Below the pieces are notes generated by a model. The model ran no database searches. It was not told the DNA's origin and was given only the letters and a program-made list of their open reading frames with translations. A stretch of 64,000 nucleotides of DNA from Camelus ferus (taxonomy: Eukaryota), in NCBI RefSeq assembly GCF_009834535.1, contig NC_045697.1, positions 114,888,001 to 114,952,000 on the forward strand, written 5' to 3'. Both the position numbers and the translations under genes were made by a program. Shown one piece after another: positions 38,782 through 51,906 of the stretch; position 1 is the first letter of the stretch, and each line of letters opens with the position of its first letter.

Positions 38782-39536
38782 ATATAGTAGAAATGCTCGG
38801 GCTGTTATAACAAACTGAGTGGCTTCAACAATAGAAATGTATTTTCTCACAGTTCTGATAGCCAGTTGCCTAAGGTCGTAGTGTAGGCAGGATTGGTTCC
38901 TCCTGAGAACCCTGAGTTAGAAACTGTCCCAAGTCTCCTCTAGCTTCTGGTAGGACACTGGCAATCTCTGACATTCCTTGGCTTGTAAAAACATCACCCC
39001 AATCACTGTCTTCTTCTTCATATGGTGTTCTTCCTGTGGGCTTTTCTGTGTTCAAATGTCCTCTTTTTACAAGGACATCAGTTATACTGGGTTAGAGCCC
39101 AACCTAGTGACCTCATTTGAACTTGATTACCTACACACAGTCGGTCTTCTATATTCAGATTCAACCAACTGCAGATGGAAAATGTTTGAAAAAATTCACC
39201 AAGTTTAAAAAAGCAAAACTTGATTTTGCCACATGCTGACATTTACATAATATTTACATCATAGTTACAATTATTTATGGAGCATGTGTATAGTATTGAG
39301 TATTATAAATAATCTAGGGATGATTTAAGATACACAGGAGTATGTGCATAGGTTGTATGCAAGTACTGTACCATTTACATAAGAGACTCGGTATCCTCAG
39401 GTGTCCTGAAACCAATCCCCTGAAGATACCAAGAGACAACAGTATAGACCTTATCTAAAATAAGGTCACATTTTGAGGTACTGAGAATTGGGACTTCAGC
39501 ATATGAATTTTGGAAGAAGCAAATTAACCCATAAAA
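38782..39536 (-). mobile_element. MaLR solo LTR (MLT1C-like) split by MER2
   Basis: gagtggcttcaacaatagaaatgtattttctcacagttctg...aaggacatcagttatactgggttagagccc...aacttgattacct | ...aataaggtcacattttgaggtactg. Confidence 0.85.
39138..39442 (-). mobile_element. MER2 (TcMar-Tigger)
   Basis: cagtcggtctt...attcaaccaactgcagat...aatctagggatgatttaag...tgtgcataggttgtatgcaagtact...gtcctgaaaccaatcccctgaagatacc, followed by TA at 39443. Confidence 0.88.
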
Positions 39537-40794
39537 ATTGAGTACAACAGATTATATCCAATAATATAAATAAATTAATAAATGAGATGTGATGTAAGTG
39601 GTGTATTCCAGACTTTCTAGTTCTTAACAAAGCATCACAGGAGACAGACATTTCCAAAATGAAATATCTATTCTATGGTATAAAAATATTTTCAATATCA
39701 TACTTTATCATGGACATGAGGAAAATAACAGGATAGTATCCCAGGAAACAGGAGCATAATGAGGGCAGACTCTAATCAGGTTATAATGTCATACATTGGT
39801 TTTTTGGAAATTCTACAATGCACCATTTTTAGAGAATATGGTAGATTTATAAAATAACAAGGCCCAAATCCTGGCTTTATGTGTCATAGCAAAGCTGCAC
39901 ACTCCTCTTAAATAGTAATCATTATATTAATAAAAACAAGAAAAGCAAAAAACATTCGATAATCATAGGTCTAGTCAGAGTCAAATCAAAGTAATTAGGT
40001 CTTGATATGAATTTACTTGTGCTCTGAAATGTCTTATGGTCAAAAATAATTACAGAGCATCTTGCCATAATTTTTTCATGCTTTGATTTTGAAATTGTAA
40101 TTGTGTTTTTAAAACATACCTAACAGACCATTGTGTTATCTAGTATATTTTAGAGCTCAATAATACAAAAGAACTTCCTGAAGATACTGTCCCTTGTGTG
40201 AATACAGTAAACTCATGACTGAAAGATAAGAGAGACACATTTCTTAGGTTATTTCACACTATAGTTACTTGAATATCCATAGTTTGTATTAAATCGTATT
40301 GTACAGTTGACAGTGTTCCTGCATATCATGAAGTAAAACTTCTCTCCAAAAAATTTCTTGGTGACTTATTTCCTGTGCACAAGCTTTAGACACTGAGGGT
40401 GCCCGGACTACCTTCAATTTATTTTTAACTCTGTTTAATATATGTGATTTCTGTAACCTGAAGACATTTAAATTATGACTACTTCCTCTGTAAAGTTTTG
40501 TTACCTTCTTCCTATCAAAAAACATATATATTTTTAGTATATAATATAAAACAAACATACTTCACTTAAAATAAAATCCACTGTCTGTCTGGAATCCTAC
40601 AATTTCATATTAAACTCATATTTCTAAGTCATCCTGTGTTGTGTCTTTAAGTTTTTACATATGGTCTTTATGCTATTTTCGACTTAAAACACTTCCTTGG
40701 GAATACGTTTGTCTTTTCTAAGCCTTGACATTTTTTCCTTAGCATCTTGGAAATACATGCTTAAAGGAAGTTTTTTAAATACAGTTTTTATGTA

Positions 40795-41300
40795 CAGACA
40801 GTCCCTGACTCAAGCTGGTGCGACATTCAATTTTTTGACTTTGTGATACTGTGAAAGACATATGCGTTCACTAGAAACCATACGCTGAGTTTTGAATTTT
40901 GATCTTTTCCTGGGCTAGTGATATGGGTGGGAAACTCTCCCATGATACCAGGCAGTGGCAGCAGCTGCAGCTCCCAGTCTGCCCTGTGATCACAAGGATG
41001 GACAACGAGTACACTGAAAACCATCCTAGACCCAGATACCATTCTGTTTTTCACTTTCAATACAGTAGTCAATCAATGACATGAGGTATTCAACACTTTA
41101 TTGTATAAAATAGGCTTTGTGTTAGATGATTTTCCCCAACTGTCGGCTAATGGAAGTGCTCTGAGCACGTTTAAGGTGGGCTGGGCTAAGCTAGGCTATT
41201 CAGTAGACTAGGTGTATTACACGTATTTGCAACTTACAATATTTGCAGCTTACAGTGGGTTTATTGGGACATAATATCATCATAAGTTGAGGAAGATCTG
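40795..41300 (-). mobile_element. Full-length MER47/Tigger5-family element
   Basis: TIRs cagacagtccctgact.../...agttgaggaagatctg with a TA TSD on both sides (40793-40794, 41301-41302). Internal aaaataggctttgtgttagatgatttt...ctgagcacgtttaaggt. Confidence 0.92.
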
Positions 41301-42654
41301 TATTTTATTTTATAATAAATGTCCTAAAAACTTTCTTGTAGAGCAGTATGTGTATCTACACATACACACAGGCATGATGATATGCTGCAAAAGTTGAAGA
41401 AGCAAGTTAAAAGGGTCTGTGATAAAAATCTTTTAGATTATTTATGGTGGTGCCAAATTTTGTCATTCACTTTGGGATGAGTATTGCTTTTGATTTAAAT
41501 TAAGTATGGAGTTGAAACTCCCTGGCTTTTGGCACAGGTACTTGGTCTTGTCTTCCATAATAAATCTCATTCAAAGTTTTAGGTATCCAATGGGAGGATT
41601 CTGACAGTTTCTGAATATATATGGTCTGGTCTTGCATTCACTGTCTGCAGATATATAAGTAAGATGGTCTTGAATGCATTGAGATCACTGAAAGACACTC
41701 TTAGGATAAATCATATTTATTACCTGACAACCGTGAGCCCTAAGCCTAACCAGCAGACCTCAGTGATACCCTGTATTTGAGGAAAAATCATCTGTTTGGA
41801 GCAATGTCCAAAAAGTTCTAAGACTAGTTTATTTCTCTTTTGTTAAAGCCCTGTTACCCAGTAGAGCCTTTCTTTGGGCCTCTTGGGAAAAGTCAGGAAT
41901 AAGATTTATAGTACAGGCACATTTGTTGTATGATTGGAAAATCTGTCCTTGCAATTGTATGAGTTTTCTTTAAGAGGTGCTGGATTGTGAACTTAACTAA
42001 CTCATGTTCAAGAATTGGAAGAGGGGCCATTAATTTTCATGACAACCCAAACTGTACCTATTTTAAGGACCTCTAGCTTCTGCGATATAAATCAAGTGGT
42101 CCCTTAGTGCAATACCCAATTATATTAGTTATTGACACCTTAATATCACTTAACCACAGCCACAAATCTGAGGCCTAAATCTGTTGTTTAAATCTGAGGC
42201 CTAACTTATCCCTGGAAATTATAGACTGTTACTTGTTTCCTTCCAATCTGATAGCACATCACTTCCAATAAAATCAAGGAGTGGGTATCAATGGTAGTAT
42301 CTCCTACCTTATTCCAGCCTTCAGTAGGTAGAAATGGCAATGCCTTTTAATGATGCTAGTGCCCCCTTCATCAACTTTCTCAACAACATGGTCATCTTTG
42401 GGGATATATTTAAAGGTATATGAGAAAATCACATGACAAATCCCCGCCAATATTTCTATCTCTTTAAGTCATTTTATCCATTGTTCTACATTAAAATAGG
42501 AAATATTTAAACCTTAACTTTTAGAAAATTCCATCAAAATCCATGTTTTAGTCAGCTAATCAAGTAAAGAGAGGGGAGGAAATTACATATTGATTCAGTA
42601 TTTCTGGTTGGTAGACTCATGTAGATAAAGCATCATATCTAAAATTATATTCCC

Positions 42655-42790
42655 CCTTCTCATTCCTCCATCTTGCCTTCTGAAACATGGTGCTAATGTT
42701 AGTACATACACACAAGGTTATTATAAAAATTAAATGAGTTAATATTTGTAAAGCTTTGAGAAAAGAGCCTGTCATACAATTTCTATGTCA
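42655..42790 (+). mobile_element. MIR fragment
   Basis: Core-like aggttattataaaaattaaatgagttaatatttgtaaagctttgagaaaagagcctg. Confidence 0.65.
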
Positions 42791-44703
42791 CTGTTTGCTA
42801 GACAAACGTTTATAAAGGATATAAGAGCTCTTGAGCAGATGACTTTCATTCTTTGTCCCTTTTGATTTCACACTTTTTCTAGATGCCTTTCTAAGTTTTT
42901 TTTTTTTTTTCAATTAAACATATGCACAGAAGGAAAAGAAAAACTAAAGCTTTTCCTGGTAGAAAAATTATGATAATACCATTCCTTTATTCCTTTAACA
43001 TTTTCTTACAACTAACTACTATGAACCTCTAATAAAGTTATATGCAAATACAAGATATTGCCTTTAAGGAACTTACAGGAGAAAAGAACAAATAAGGATG
43101 TAACATGATAAGCATTCAACATTAACAACAACAAAATGTGATCAACCAAGAAAACACGACACTTATGTCTTTAGAGAAAATACCAAAGATGCGCTTATAT
43201 TGAATATGACATTTATCTAAATCTTAATTGATGAAGAGGATATTAAATGACAAAAGCAAGACAACTCAATGTGACTGGTGTGTATGTTTTATGGGAATGT
43301 ATAGAAATCAGAGAGCTGCAGACAGACTGAATATTTGAATATGTAAGTACTTCCCATGTGGTACCTACCATAAACCAGTCTTTTATTATATGTAAAAATA
43401 TAATCAGCTTCAAGTAATGGAAAGTAAACATTTGGTGGACTAAACAGATAAGGGGTCTATTTTATATCACACATTACAGTATTGGTATATGGAAACTGGA
43501 ATTGGTGGTTGTAAAAATTCCTTTTAATAAACCCATTTCTTTCTGTCTCTCCTCTCTGCCAGTCTTACAATATTGACTCTCTTCTTCATTGGTGTTGTCT
43601 TATGAATGTACTGAAGTCTGCTAAATCTATAGATTCTGAATTCAAGAAAAGACCAAGAAAAAAATGGTACCAGATCCACCAATAACCTTTTACAAAATAT
43701 GATTATGAGAAAAGCATTCTTTTTGATTCTCCCCTGCCTTTGATTTGGAACAATCAGTGTTGTCTTAACCCCATGTCATCTTACAAATGTTTTCCCAAAA
43801 TTTTTCAGCAGCATTCCACTTAATGTCTTATTGGTGGAACAGAATAGCCATCCTCAGCATCAAGAAGCCTGGTTAAATCATTACTTAGCTGGGCACGTGG
43901 CTGCCCCAACAAGACAGACAGAAAGGAGTACTGGATGCAATGAGTATTGGATGGAATTGCCTTGCTATGCTTCGATTTTTGCTAACAAATCTAGAAGCTT
44001 GCTGCAAACACCAAAAGTGATTTTTCTCTCAATAAAATCATTTCCTTGTCTTTTAATAAATGTTTCCTTTCACTTCATGGCTCTCCCCTCAATTATAGAT
44101 TACAGAGTTTGCTGAATATGTGAGACTCACTGCTCTATAATTCAGAGGATTCAATTAGAATCTCTTATCATAGATAGAAACGGTATCGACGCATTGTCCA
44201 TCCCTCAGTTCAATATGCTTTCCAAATGACACACTATAAATTGGGGACAACAGACATTCAATTTCAATTGTTTAAAAATTCTTGATTCTGTCATAAAATT
44301 TTCATTATATATTTATATATATTTTGCTAATTAGATCTATGATATTTATTGGTTTAGAACTCTTTCACAATGAAGAAGTCTAAATCTTCATTGATTTTTT
44401 TCACCTTTTTTTTGTGTTTCTCAAAACATTTTGTACATTTGACAATAATAACACTTTAATTAAATTATCTCTTGAACTTCCATATCACTCAATTATCAGT
44501 AAAACACGTTCAGCATTATAAGCACATATGAAACTCTTGTACTGTAAATCATCTGCCTGGATGGTTATGCTAAAGTGCCATGTGCTTTAAAAACCAAAAA
44601 CAAAATAGGAATAAAAAATAATAGAATTTCCATGCTAAACTAATACCTGGACACTAAATACACAAATAGTTGATCACTATTAAGAAAAATGCAAGTTTTT
44701 AAA

Positions 44704-45343
44704 AAATAGACTTATCATATGATCCAGGAATCCCATTCCTGGGCATATATCTGGAGAAAACTACAATTTGAAAAGAAACATGCACCACAGTTCATAACAG
44801 CACTATTTACAATAGCCAAGATGTGGAAGCAAAGTAAATGTCCATCGACAGGTGACTGGATAATGAAAATGTGGTACATATATACAATGGAATACCACTC
44901 AGCCATGAAAAAGAATGACATAATACCATTTATAGCAACATGGATGGACCTGGAGATTATGATATTAAGTGAAATAAGTCAGACAGAGAAGGACCAATAT
45001 TGTATGATATCACTTATATGTGGAATCTAAAACAACCTACAAGCAAACTTATTTACAAAACAGAAATTGTCTCACAGACATAGAAAACAAATTTATAGTT
45101 ACTAAAGGGGAAAGGGTCAGGGAGGGATAAATTAGGAGTTTGGAATTAGCAGATACAAACTGCTATATATAAAACAGATAAACAACAGTGTCCTAATGCA
45201 TAGCACAGGGAACTGTATTCAGCATCTTGTAATAACCTACAATGGAAAATAATCTGAAAAAGAATTGATTTATATATATGTTTAACTGAATAATTTTGTT
45301 GTACACCTGAAACATTGTAAATCAACTATACTTCAATGAAAAC
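44704..45343 (+). mobile_element. 5'-truncated L1 (ORF2 C-terminus + 3'UTR)
   Basis: ORF 44719-45030 ends ALFTIAKMWKQSKCPSTGDWIMKMWYIYTMEY...TWMDLE...ISLICGI, the L1 ORF2p C-terminus. TSD aaatgcaagtttttaaa / aaatgtaagtttttaaa. Confidence 0.93.
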
Positions 45344-46429
45344 ATGAGAAATGTAAGTTTTTAAATAGTCTTCCTTCTAATATTGATTTTATTGCTTTAT
45401 TGTCAGTTATATAATCATTAACTCCCCTTGCCACAAGCTGTCAGAGTATGTATGTGTACAATAAACTGAGTCCTTCATTTGTTCATTGCTTGTTGAGTTT
45501 TCATCCTTAGTGTTCTTAGTAATTATTTCTTAAAATAATCCACTTACATTTATGTAAGAGCAATGTAACATAATCTATATCCATGTGGCAAGCTACAGAT
45601 AAACTGCAATTTTTTTAGAAATCTGTGAAATATAAAAAAGAATAAATAGGAATGATACTAACAACCACAATTCATTAAATAACTAAAGCTATTTTTACAG
45701 AAATACAAATAGTAAATAAACAGGTTTTGCTATTGAATCAATACAAGTATGTAGAGATAAGTACAGATATGTGTAAGTATTTTAAATAGTAACATGTTTA
45801 GATGGAAATTTATTAAGCTGGATTTATTTTCTTTTGAATTTCTAGGGAGAAAAAAATAGAAATTTGAATAAATTTTTCTTATTTTACAGTGGATTGTCAT
45901 TTTCACCCCACATTTGGGGACCACTCTTCCAGCTGGAGGCATAACTAAATCTGATATTATTTATCTTGTGTTCTCTTGGAAGATTTCAGTTTTAACCTAC
46001 CTAATACATAATCCATATATTAGCACATTTACAGAAATGACTTGTACATGCCCTTAGTTCTCTGTAGACACAACTTTCTCCAAGATAAAATTTGACCAAC
46101 TTGAACTATGTATAAGTATCTTTGGGTTCATATATTATTTAAACTCTTAATTAAATTGAATACATTTGATCATTCTTTGTTCTTGTTTTATAATATTCCA
46201 ATATTTCTCAATGATCATTGAATCTTCACTGCTACTACTTTTTCTTTCTTTGTAAATAACAGAAAAAACACTTTAGATTCAGTCCATAGTAATTTCAAAT
46301 ATAGTATCTTATTTGGAAACACCAAATGTTATTTTTTTAAATAAAAGATGTCCAATTTTTATATAACTCTACTATCTAGATCCATATTCATGAATGACAT
46401 TCCATTTGCCTGTTTTTTTTTTTTTAATT

Positions 46430-46800
46430 TCACAATGTACTTGAGATATGGACAATGCAAAGATAATTAAGAAATAAATGAGTAGCTAAGAAAGTTAATT
46501 TCAATAATGTAGTAAAGCAGAAACTAGAATGCAATGAGTTGGGAATTGCAAAGTAATTGATGGATAGAAGGGAGAATGTGAAGGATGACATTTTAAGTGG
46601 TTTTACAATGAACTAGGAGAATCAGTTATTTTCAGAGTGTGGCAGAACAGAAGAGGTGGTTTTGGATTCTGATAAGCTGGGATAATTGAAGCAGAGATTG
46701 TTCTAGGTGAAGTGTGAGGTACCAAATGCTGAGGAGGTGGAAAGAATAAGATCATTAAAAGCTGTGGTCATAGATTTGAATGTCTAGTTGGAGATCCTGG
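46430..46800 (-). mobile_element. L2 internal fragment
   Basis: Purine-rich gcagaaactagaatgcaatgagttggga... resembles antisense L2. Very decayed. Confidence 0.45.
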
Positions 46801-48439
46801 AAAAAGGTAATTTAAAGAATAAACAGTGTATATAAAGGTTAATTCAACAGAAGAAGGGAAAGATTTTTATTTGAATGTGTTTAGTGACTGGGAATCTAGC
46901 ACTAATAGAAAGGTGTGTGTAAAGGAGATATTTCCCAGAATGATGGCAGAGGGTCCTTTAGAGAGCGTAATCAATAGTACTTATAAAAATATGTCAAAAT
47001 TGGTAAATTATTTTGGCTTTTTTCTGATGTTCTATTTCATAATATTTACTACTTATCAATGTGAATTTTTTTTTTTTAAAGAATGTTTTTTAAGTCTGTA
47101 GAAGTAGAATTCTAACAAACTTGTGGACATAAGGCAAATGATTGGCATGATTTTTTTAGAGACCATCTTAATAAAGATATGTTCTTTTCAAAGTGTGAAA
47201 GAGTGTAACATTTTAACTTGCCCTTATTTTAAGAGTTGTCTTATCATTTTTTCATACTGTAAATACAAAAAGGAGAATTGGTTTTACATCTAATTGAAAT
47301 AGCAATATGGTGTAATAAAATGAAAAGTGCATTCAGAGTCATACCAGGGTTTGTTTCTGACACTAAGAACTAGGTATATGTTAAACTTCAGTTTTCTTGA
47401 ATTTATATTTGAATTTGCATCAAGACTAATAATATATAATAAATAATATATAATAAATATATATAATTTATGCCAACTTATAGGTTAATATACAAACATG
47501 TGTTATAAATTCTAATGAGTTAGCAAATTTTGTTATGTCTAATAGTGATTGGAAACAAAACTATAATTTTTAATTATCAAATTTTATATTTCATTTACTT
47601 TATGATTACTTTCAAATTATAATTTCAATTCAACCCTAAAAAATCCTGAGGGAATATCTGAGGTGTCGCATGTCTCCTGGCATCCTTGTATTTTTAATAG
47701 TAATCTTGAGAACACTCATCTTTAGAGCATTTTTAAATAATTATTATTAAATGACTATTTACAGAATGTCTATCATATTTAAGGGACTTTGCTGGAGTAT
47801 AAATTCACCAAAATGCTGAAGAATTCTCAATTTTTAGAAACATTGAGAAGTACTTAACAAGTCAGGTCTTTACGATTTGGTATATAATGATGAGTTAGGC
47901 GTGAAGGATATGACGTATAGGAAATATTATTATAACCACAAATATCTTTTGAATTTCTCCCATTATAAAAATTCTCAGCCATGATGAGCTTATCAATAAT
48001 ACAAAATCTTGAATTTGAGATAAATATGAAAAAGGTTGAAAAGGTTGAGAAACACTACTTTAAATGAAAGCATGTTTTGTTTAAATTGTCACTCTGTGTG
48101 TGTGTGTGTGTGTAAAAGAGCAGGAAATATAGATCAGAAATGGTAAATTAGAAAGAAGAAGGGAACAAAGTAGATGGGAAATGAAAAAAGTGATACAGTT
48201 TATGAGTTTAAAGGAAGGAAGGAATCGTTATGTACCCTAGTAATTTGACCATTTGATTAATATATAATATTCCTCTTTATTCTTGGTAATTTTCATTGTC
48301 TTGAAGTCCACTCTGTCTGGTAGTAATAGCGATACTCCAGGTTTTTTTTTTAGTGTTTATGTGATACATATTTTTACATTGTTTCCTTTTTAGTGTCTCT
48401 ATAACTTGATACTTGAAAAGTTTTTCTTGAGGAAATGGG

Positions 48440-48632
48440 TTTTTTTAATTGAAATAGAGTTGATTTAGAATGTGACAGTTTCTGGTGTACAGCGTACTGG
48501 TTCAGTTATATATATATATATTTTTTTTTTTCATTATAGATATTTATAAGATTTTGATTATTGTTCCCTGTGCTATACAGTAGGAAATTATTTTTTATCT
48601 ATTTTCTATATAGTAGTTTGTGTCTGAAAATC
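48440..48632 (-). mobile_element. Short, younger L1 3'UTR insertion
   Basis: tttttttaattgaaatagagttgattt...ttccctgtgctatacagtagg...tatagtagtttgtgtctg. Confidence 0.85.
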
Positions 48633-49052
48633 TTTTTAAACCAATCTAGCTTGACTATTTCTGCCTCTTAATAGCAACATTTAGTCTATTAATGTTTAAC
48701 TTAGTTATCACTATAGTTGAGATTGAATACATCATCTTGTTCTTTGTTTCTCTTTTCTTCTCCACAGCACATTTTTGTCACATTTTTATCTCTACTAGTG
48801 AATTATTATTTAAATCTATTTGTTTTTAACGTGCTTGCTCTATTTTTTACCATTATGTCTGTAATATAAGTCTTGTCAAAAAATACAATGCCACATAACT
48901 TACAGTAGAAAATATTGTACTATTAATTCCTCCTTCATACCCTCACACATGCTTAACTTCCAAGTCACATTGTTAAAATTTTTATTTTCACCATAAAATG
49001 TTTCTACTCTTTGGTTTAAAATGATGTATTATCTTTAAGAATATCAGAAATA

Positions 49053-49120
49053 TAAATAAACCTAATTACCTACCCCTAAAATAGAACAAAATAAAATAAC
49101 TTAAAAATAATAAAAATTAA
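49053..49120 (+). mobile_element. Severely 5'-truncated vic-1-type SINE (tail only)
   Basis: taaataaacctaattacctacccct plus an A-rich tail. Perfect 13-bp TSD aatatcagaaata (49040-49052, 49121-49133). Confidence 0.8.
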
Positions 49121-51293
49121 AATATCAGAAATAAATAAAATGGTTCACATTTATTTTCTTCCCATTTTCAGCTCTCTTCATTTCTTTATGAAGACCCACA
49201 TTGTAATAGACTCAGCTATTATAATTTGCCTTCTGTCTAAAACCCTGTTTAATTTTTTTTTTATTGCATGTCTGCTGGCAACGGATTCTTTCAGTTTTTG
49301 TTCTCTGAAAAAAAGAAAAAAATCTCATATTTTGCCATGAGTTTTGAAAGCTACTTTAGATGAATATATAATTCTGGGTTCGCAATTTGTACTTCCAGGG
49401 TGTGAAGGAAGACATTCCGTTGTCCACCAGCTTCAGAAATTTCATGTGAAAAGTCTTCTTAGATCTGTTTCTCTATATGTAACATTTTTTTGTTTGTTTT
49501 TAGGAGCTTGACTATAGTGTAATTTTTTAAAAAACACTCTTTGCTTGGGGTTCTCTGAGATGCTTCTCTCTGTGTGTTCTGTCTTGTATTAAATGTGAAC
49601 ACTTTATGGACATCATTGTTTCAAGTAATTTTTCTACACTTCTTTTCTTATTTGGCACAATATATGCAATATTGTCTCAAGTCCCTGCGTTTTTTGGTTC
49701 CCTTTTGTACTCTCTTTTGTATCTTTCTTTTTAAGTTTGTATAATTATTATTGATCTGTCAAATTCTATTGATTTATTCTTTTATTTATGCTGAGGATTT
49801 TGGTAAGTTTTTAACTCTGCTGGTAAAACTTTTGAAGGAATAGTTTGAATGATATCCTCTCTAAATACTCTTTATGTAGTAGATTATGTATAATTTAGCA
49901 TTCATATTTAACCCTCTATTATACTTTTGAATGTTTCACTGAAACTTCCCATCTGTCTCTATCTGTTTCCAAGTTTTCCACCAGATTCTCTACCATCTGA
50001 GTCCTTCTAATACATCTAACACCAGATAATATCTGCCGCTACCTTGTTATTTATGTAGGGTCTGAATGCCAAAGGAATTTTTCCTGTGCTTCGTGAACCA
50101 GTCCCTTCGCAAGTAGCATACTATTATTTCTCACATTTATAATCTCCAAATTTTCTTCTTCAGCTCAGTCTTAGGAAAGCCCTGTGAGCCTGGCTTTGGG
50201 ATGGGCTTTGTGAGTTTTCCTGTACATCCTCCAGAACCCTGGGCCATTCAATTTGCCTCATGTCCGTGGAGGTCTTCATGAGATGGAATGTCTTGCCTCC
50301 CGCACCCACCGTGATCACAGACTTCTGATCTGCATCAGTGCAGGTTGCTTGGTCTAATTGGTTTCCCTACCTCTCTCACTGGGTCATGTAGCTTTTTCTT
50401 CAAACCTTCTCCCTGTGAACCTTTGCTTTGTCCCTTCTGCATTGGTGTCTTATTTGCTTGTTACTTTGCTGAAGGACTCATGGTGGGGCAGGAGTCTATC
50501 CTTCCCCTCCTCCTGGAGCAGATGCTCAAGCTCCAACAGTGCTAATGTAATGGCTTTACCACCGTGTGAGCTCAGAGCCTGGGGGGCACACAGGGTTTTG
50601 TGTCCTTACACCACAAGGCGAGGCTAGCTTGAGTCTCTGCATTTTCCTTAACCTTTGAGTTCATGGTCAAACCGCTGAGTGAGTCTGGATTCTATGTGTG
50701 CCTGGGACTCCTTGCTCTTCCATTCTGTCACTGCAGCCACACTCCAGCCATCAAGATGTGAACAATAGCAATTATTTTTTTCTTTGCTGCCACAGCAAAG
50801 TTCGGTGCCACTTTGACAGAAGTGAGACAGTTTATCTGTCCCAGGTCTCCTTGGAGACCTTTGTCCTACCTTGGAATTTAGTTAGAATGGTTTCCCTGCA
50901 ATTACCCCTATTTAGTCTCCATGGACTGAAGTTCCCCTTGACCCTCAGAGTTGGAACATGCCACACTGAGCATGATTCTAGAGTTTAATGCTATATGGTT
51001 TTCTCAGTTCCTAAAATTAAGCCTAGTATCCACTGAGTGTTCAGGAGAAGAATATTTTCTAATATTGAAACTATGTTGGATTCCTGAGAAGCACATGTCT
51101 CTTTGGCAACGACTCCCAGAGAGATTATTCAGGAGGAATTTATCAGAGCTATTTGCATAACTCGCTAACTTTATAATGTGACCCTTATATAAATGACAAA
51201 TACACTGTGTAACTTTTGTGTCGTGTACTATATTAATGTGCATCTTTTGAAATTATAACCTAAACAAAGTCTAGAATTATACTCACATAGGTT

Positions 51294-51906
51294 TCAAGGA
51301 GAAATAACAAAATCGCCACACTCAGGCTAACTAATTCTTGGCTTTATGCTGACCGCTTGCTTTTAGAACAATCAGCAAACCCGCCTGACCAGACACGGCT
51401 CCCAGTGCCAGGCCCGTTGTTAAAGCTAAAGTTACTGATTTCCCCGTTTGTCTCACCTTACTCTGGCAATTGAAATTTACAATCATGTTTGCATTCTGAG
51501 TCATTCCCCCAGGAAGGGAGTCACGGGATGCTGCTCTCAGGAGAATGACCAGACCCTCCGAAGTTCCTCCTGGCACCTGTTAAGTCTGATCAGATAAAGG
51601 TCGCGGGCTGATGACCCTCCAGACCACCGGACGGTCCCATGATGCCGGACAGACTCGCCAAGATTCAGGAGGAAGCGTCACCAGAGACTCTTGTTGGTTA
51701 ATATCACCTTTTACACCCCCAGTTTGTTCACTATACAATCACTAAGCCCCATCCCCAAGGAGGGTTCACAGTTTTGAAGGCACTAGCCTGCTGTGAGTCC
51801 CCTTCGCCTGGCAAAGCAATAAAGCTGCCTCTTTTCTTCTAAGACCCAAGACCTGGACTCTGAGTTATTTGGCTCATCAGGGATGGGGGCCAATCTTTCG
51901 GCAGCA
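51294..51906 (+). mobile_element. ERV1-class solo LTR (family of 10451-11042)
   Basis: Ends gggccaatctttcggcagca, with AATAAA at ~51818 and flanks ggtt/gggt. Many CpGs are retained. Confidence 0.87.

Larger units (their letters stand above)
48235..50020 (-). mobile_element. Old L1M ORF2-start/ORF1 fragment (may extend into a GC-richer 5'UTR to ~51000)
   Basis: tattcctctttattcttggtaattttcattgtcttgaagtccactctgtctg and gcatgtctgctggcaacggattctttcagtttttgttctctgaaaa. Confidence 0.75.

Noticed and set aside
42164..42204. 15-bp direct repeat aaatctgaggcctaa with an 11-bp spacer (similar short duplication at ~37840-37876)
   Set aside because: Only two units, consistent with local slippage or repair duplication. 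It is not a CRISPR-like array.
44719..45030. 103-aa ORF as a host gene
   Set aside because: It is the C-terminus of L1 ORF2p in a 5'-truncated insertion.
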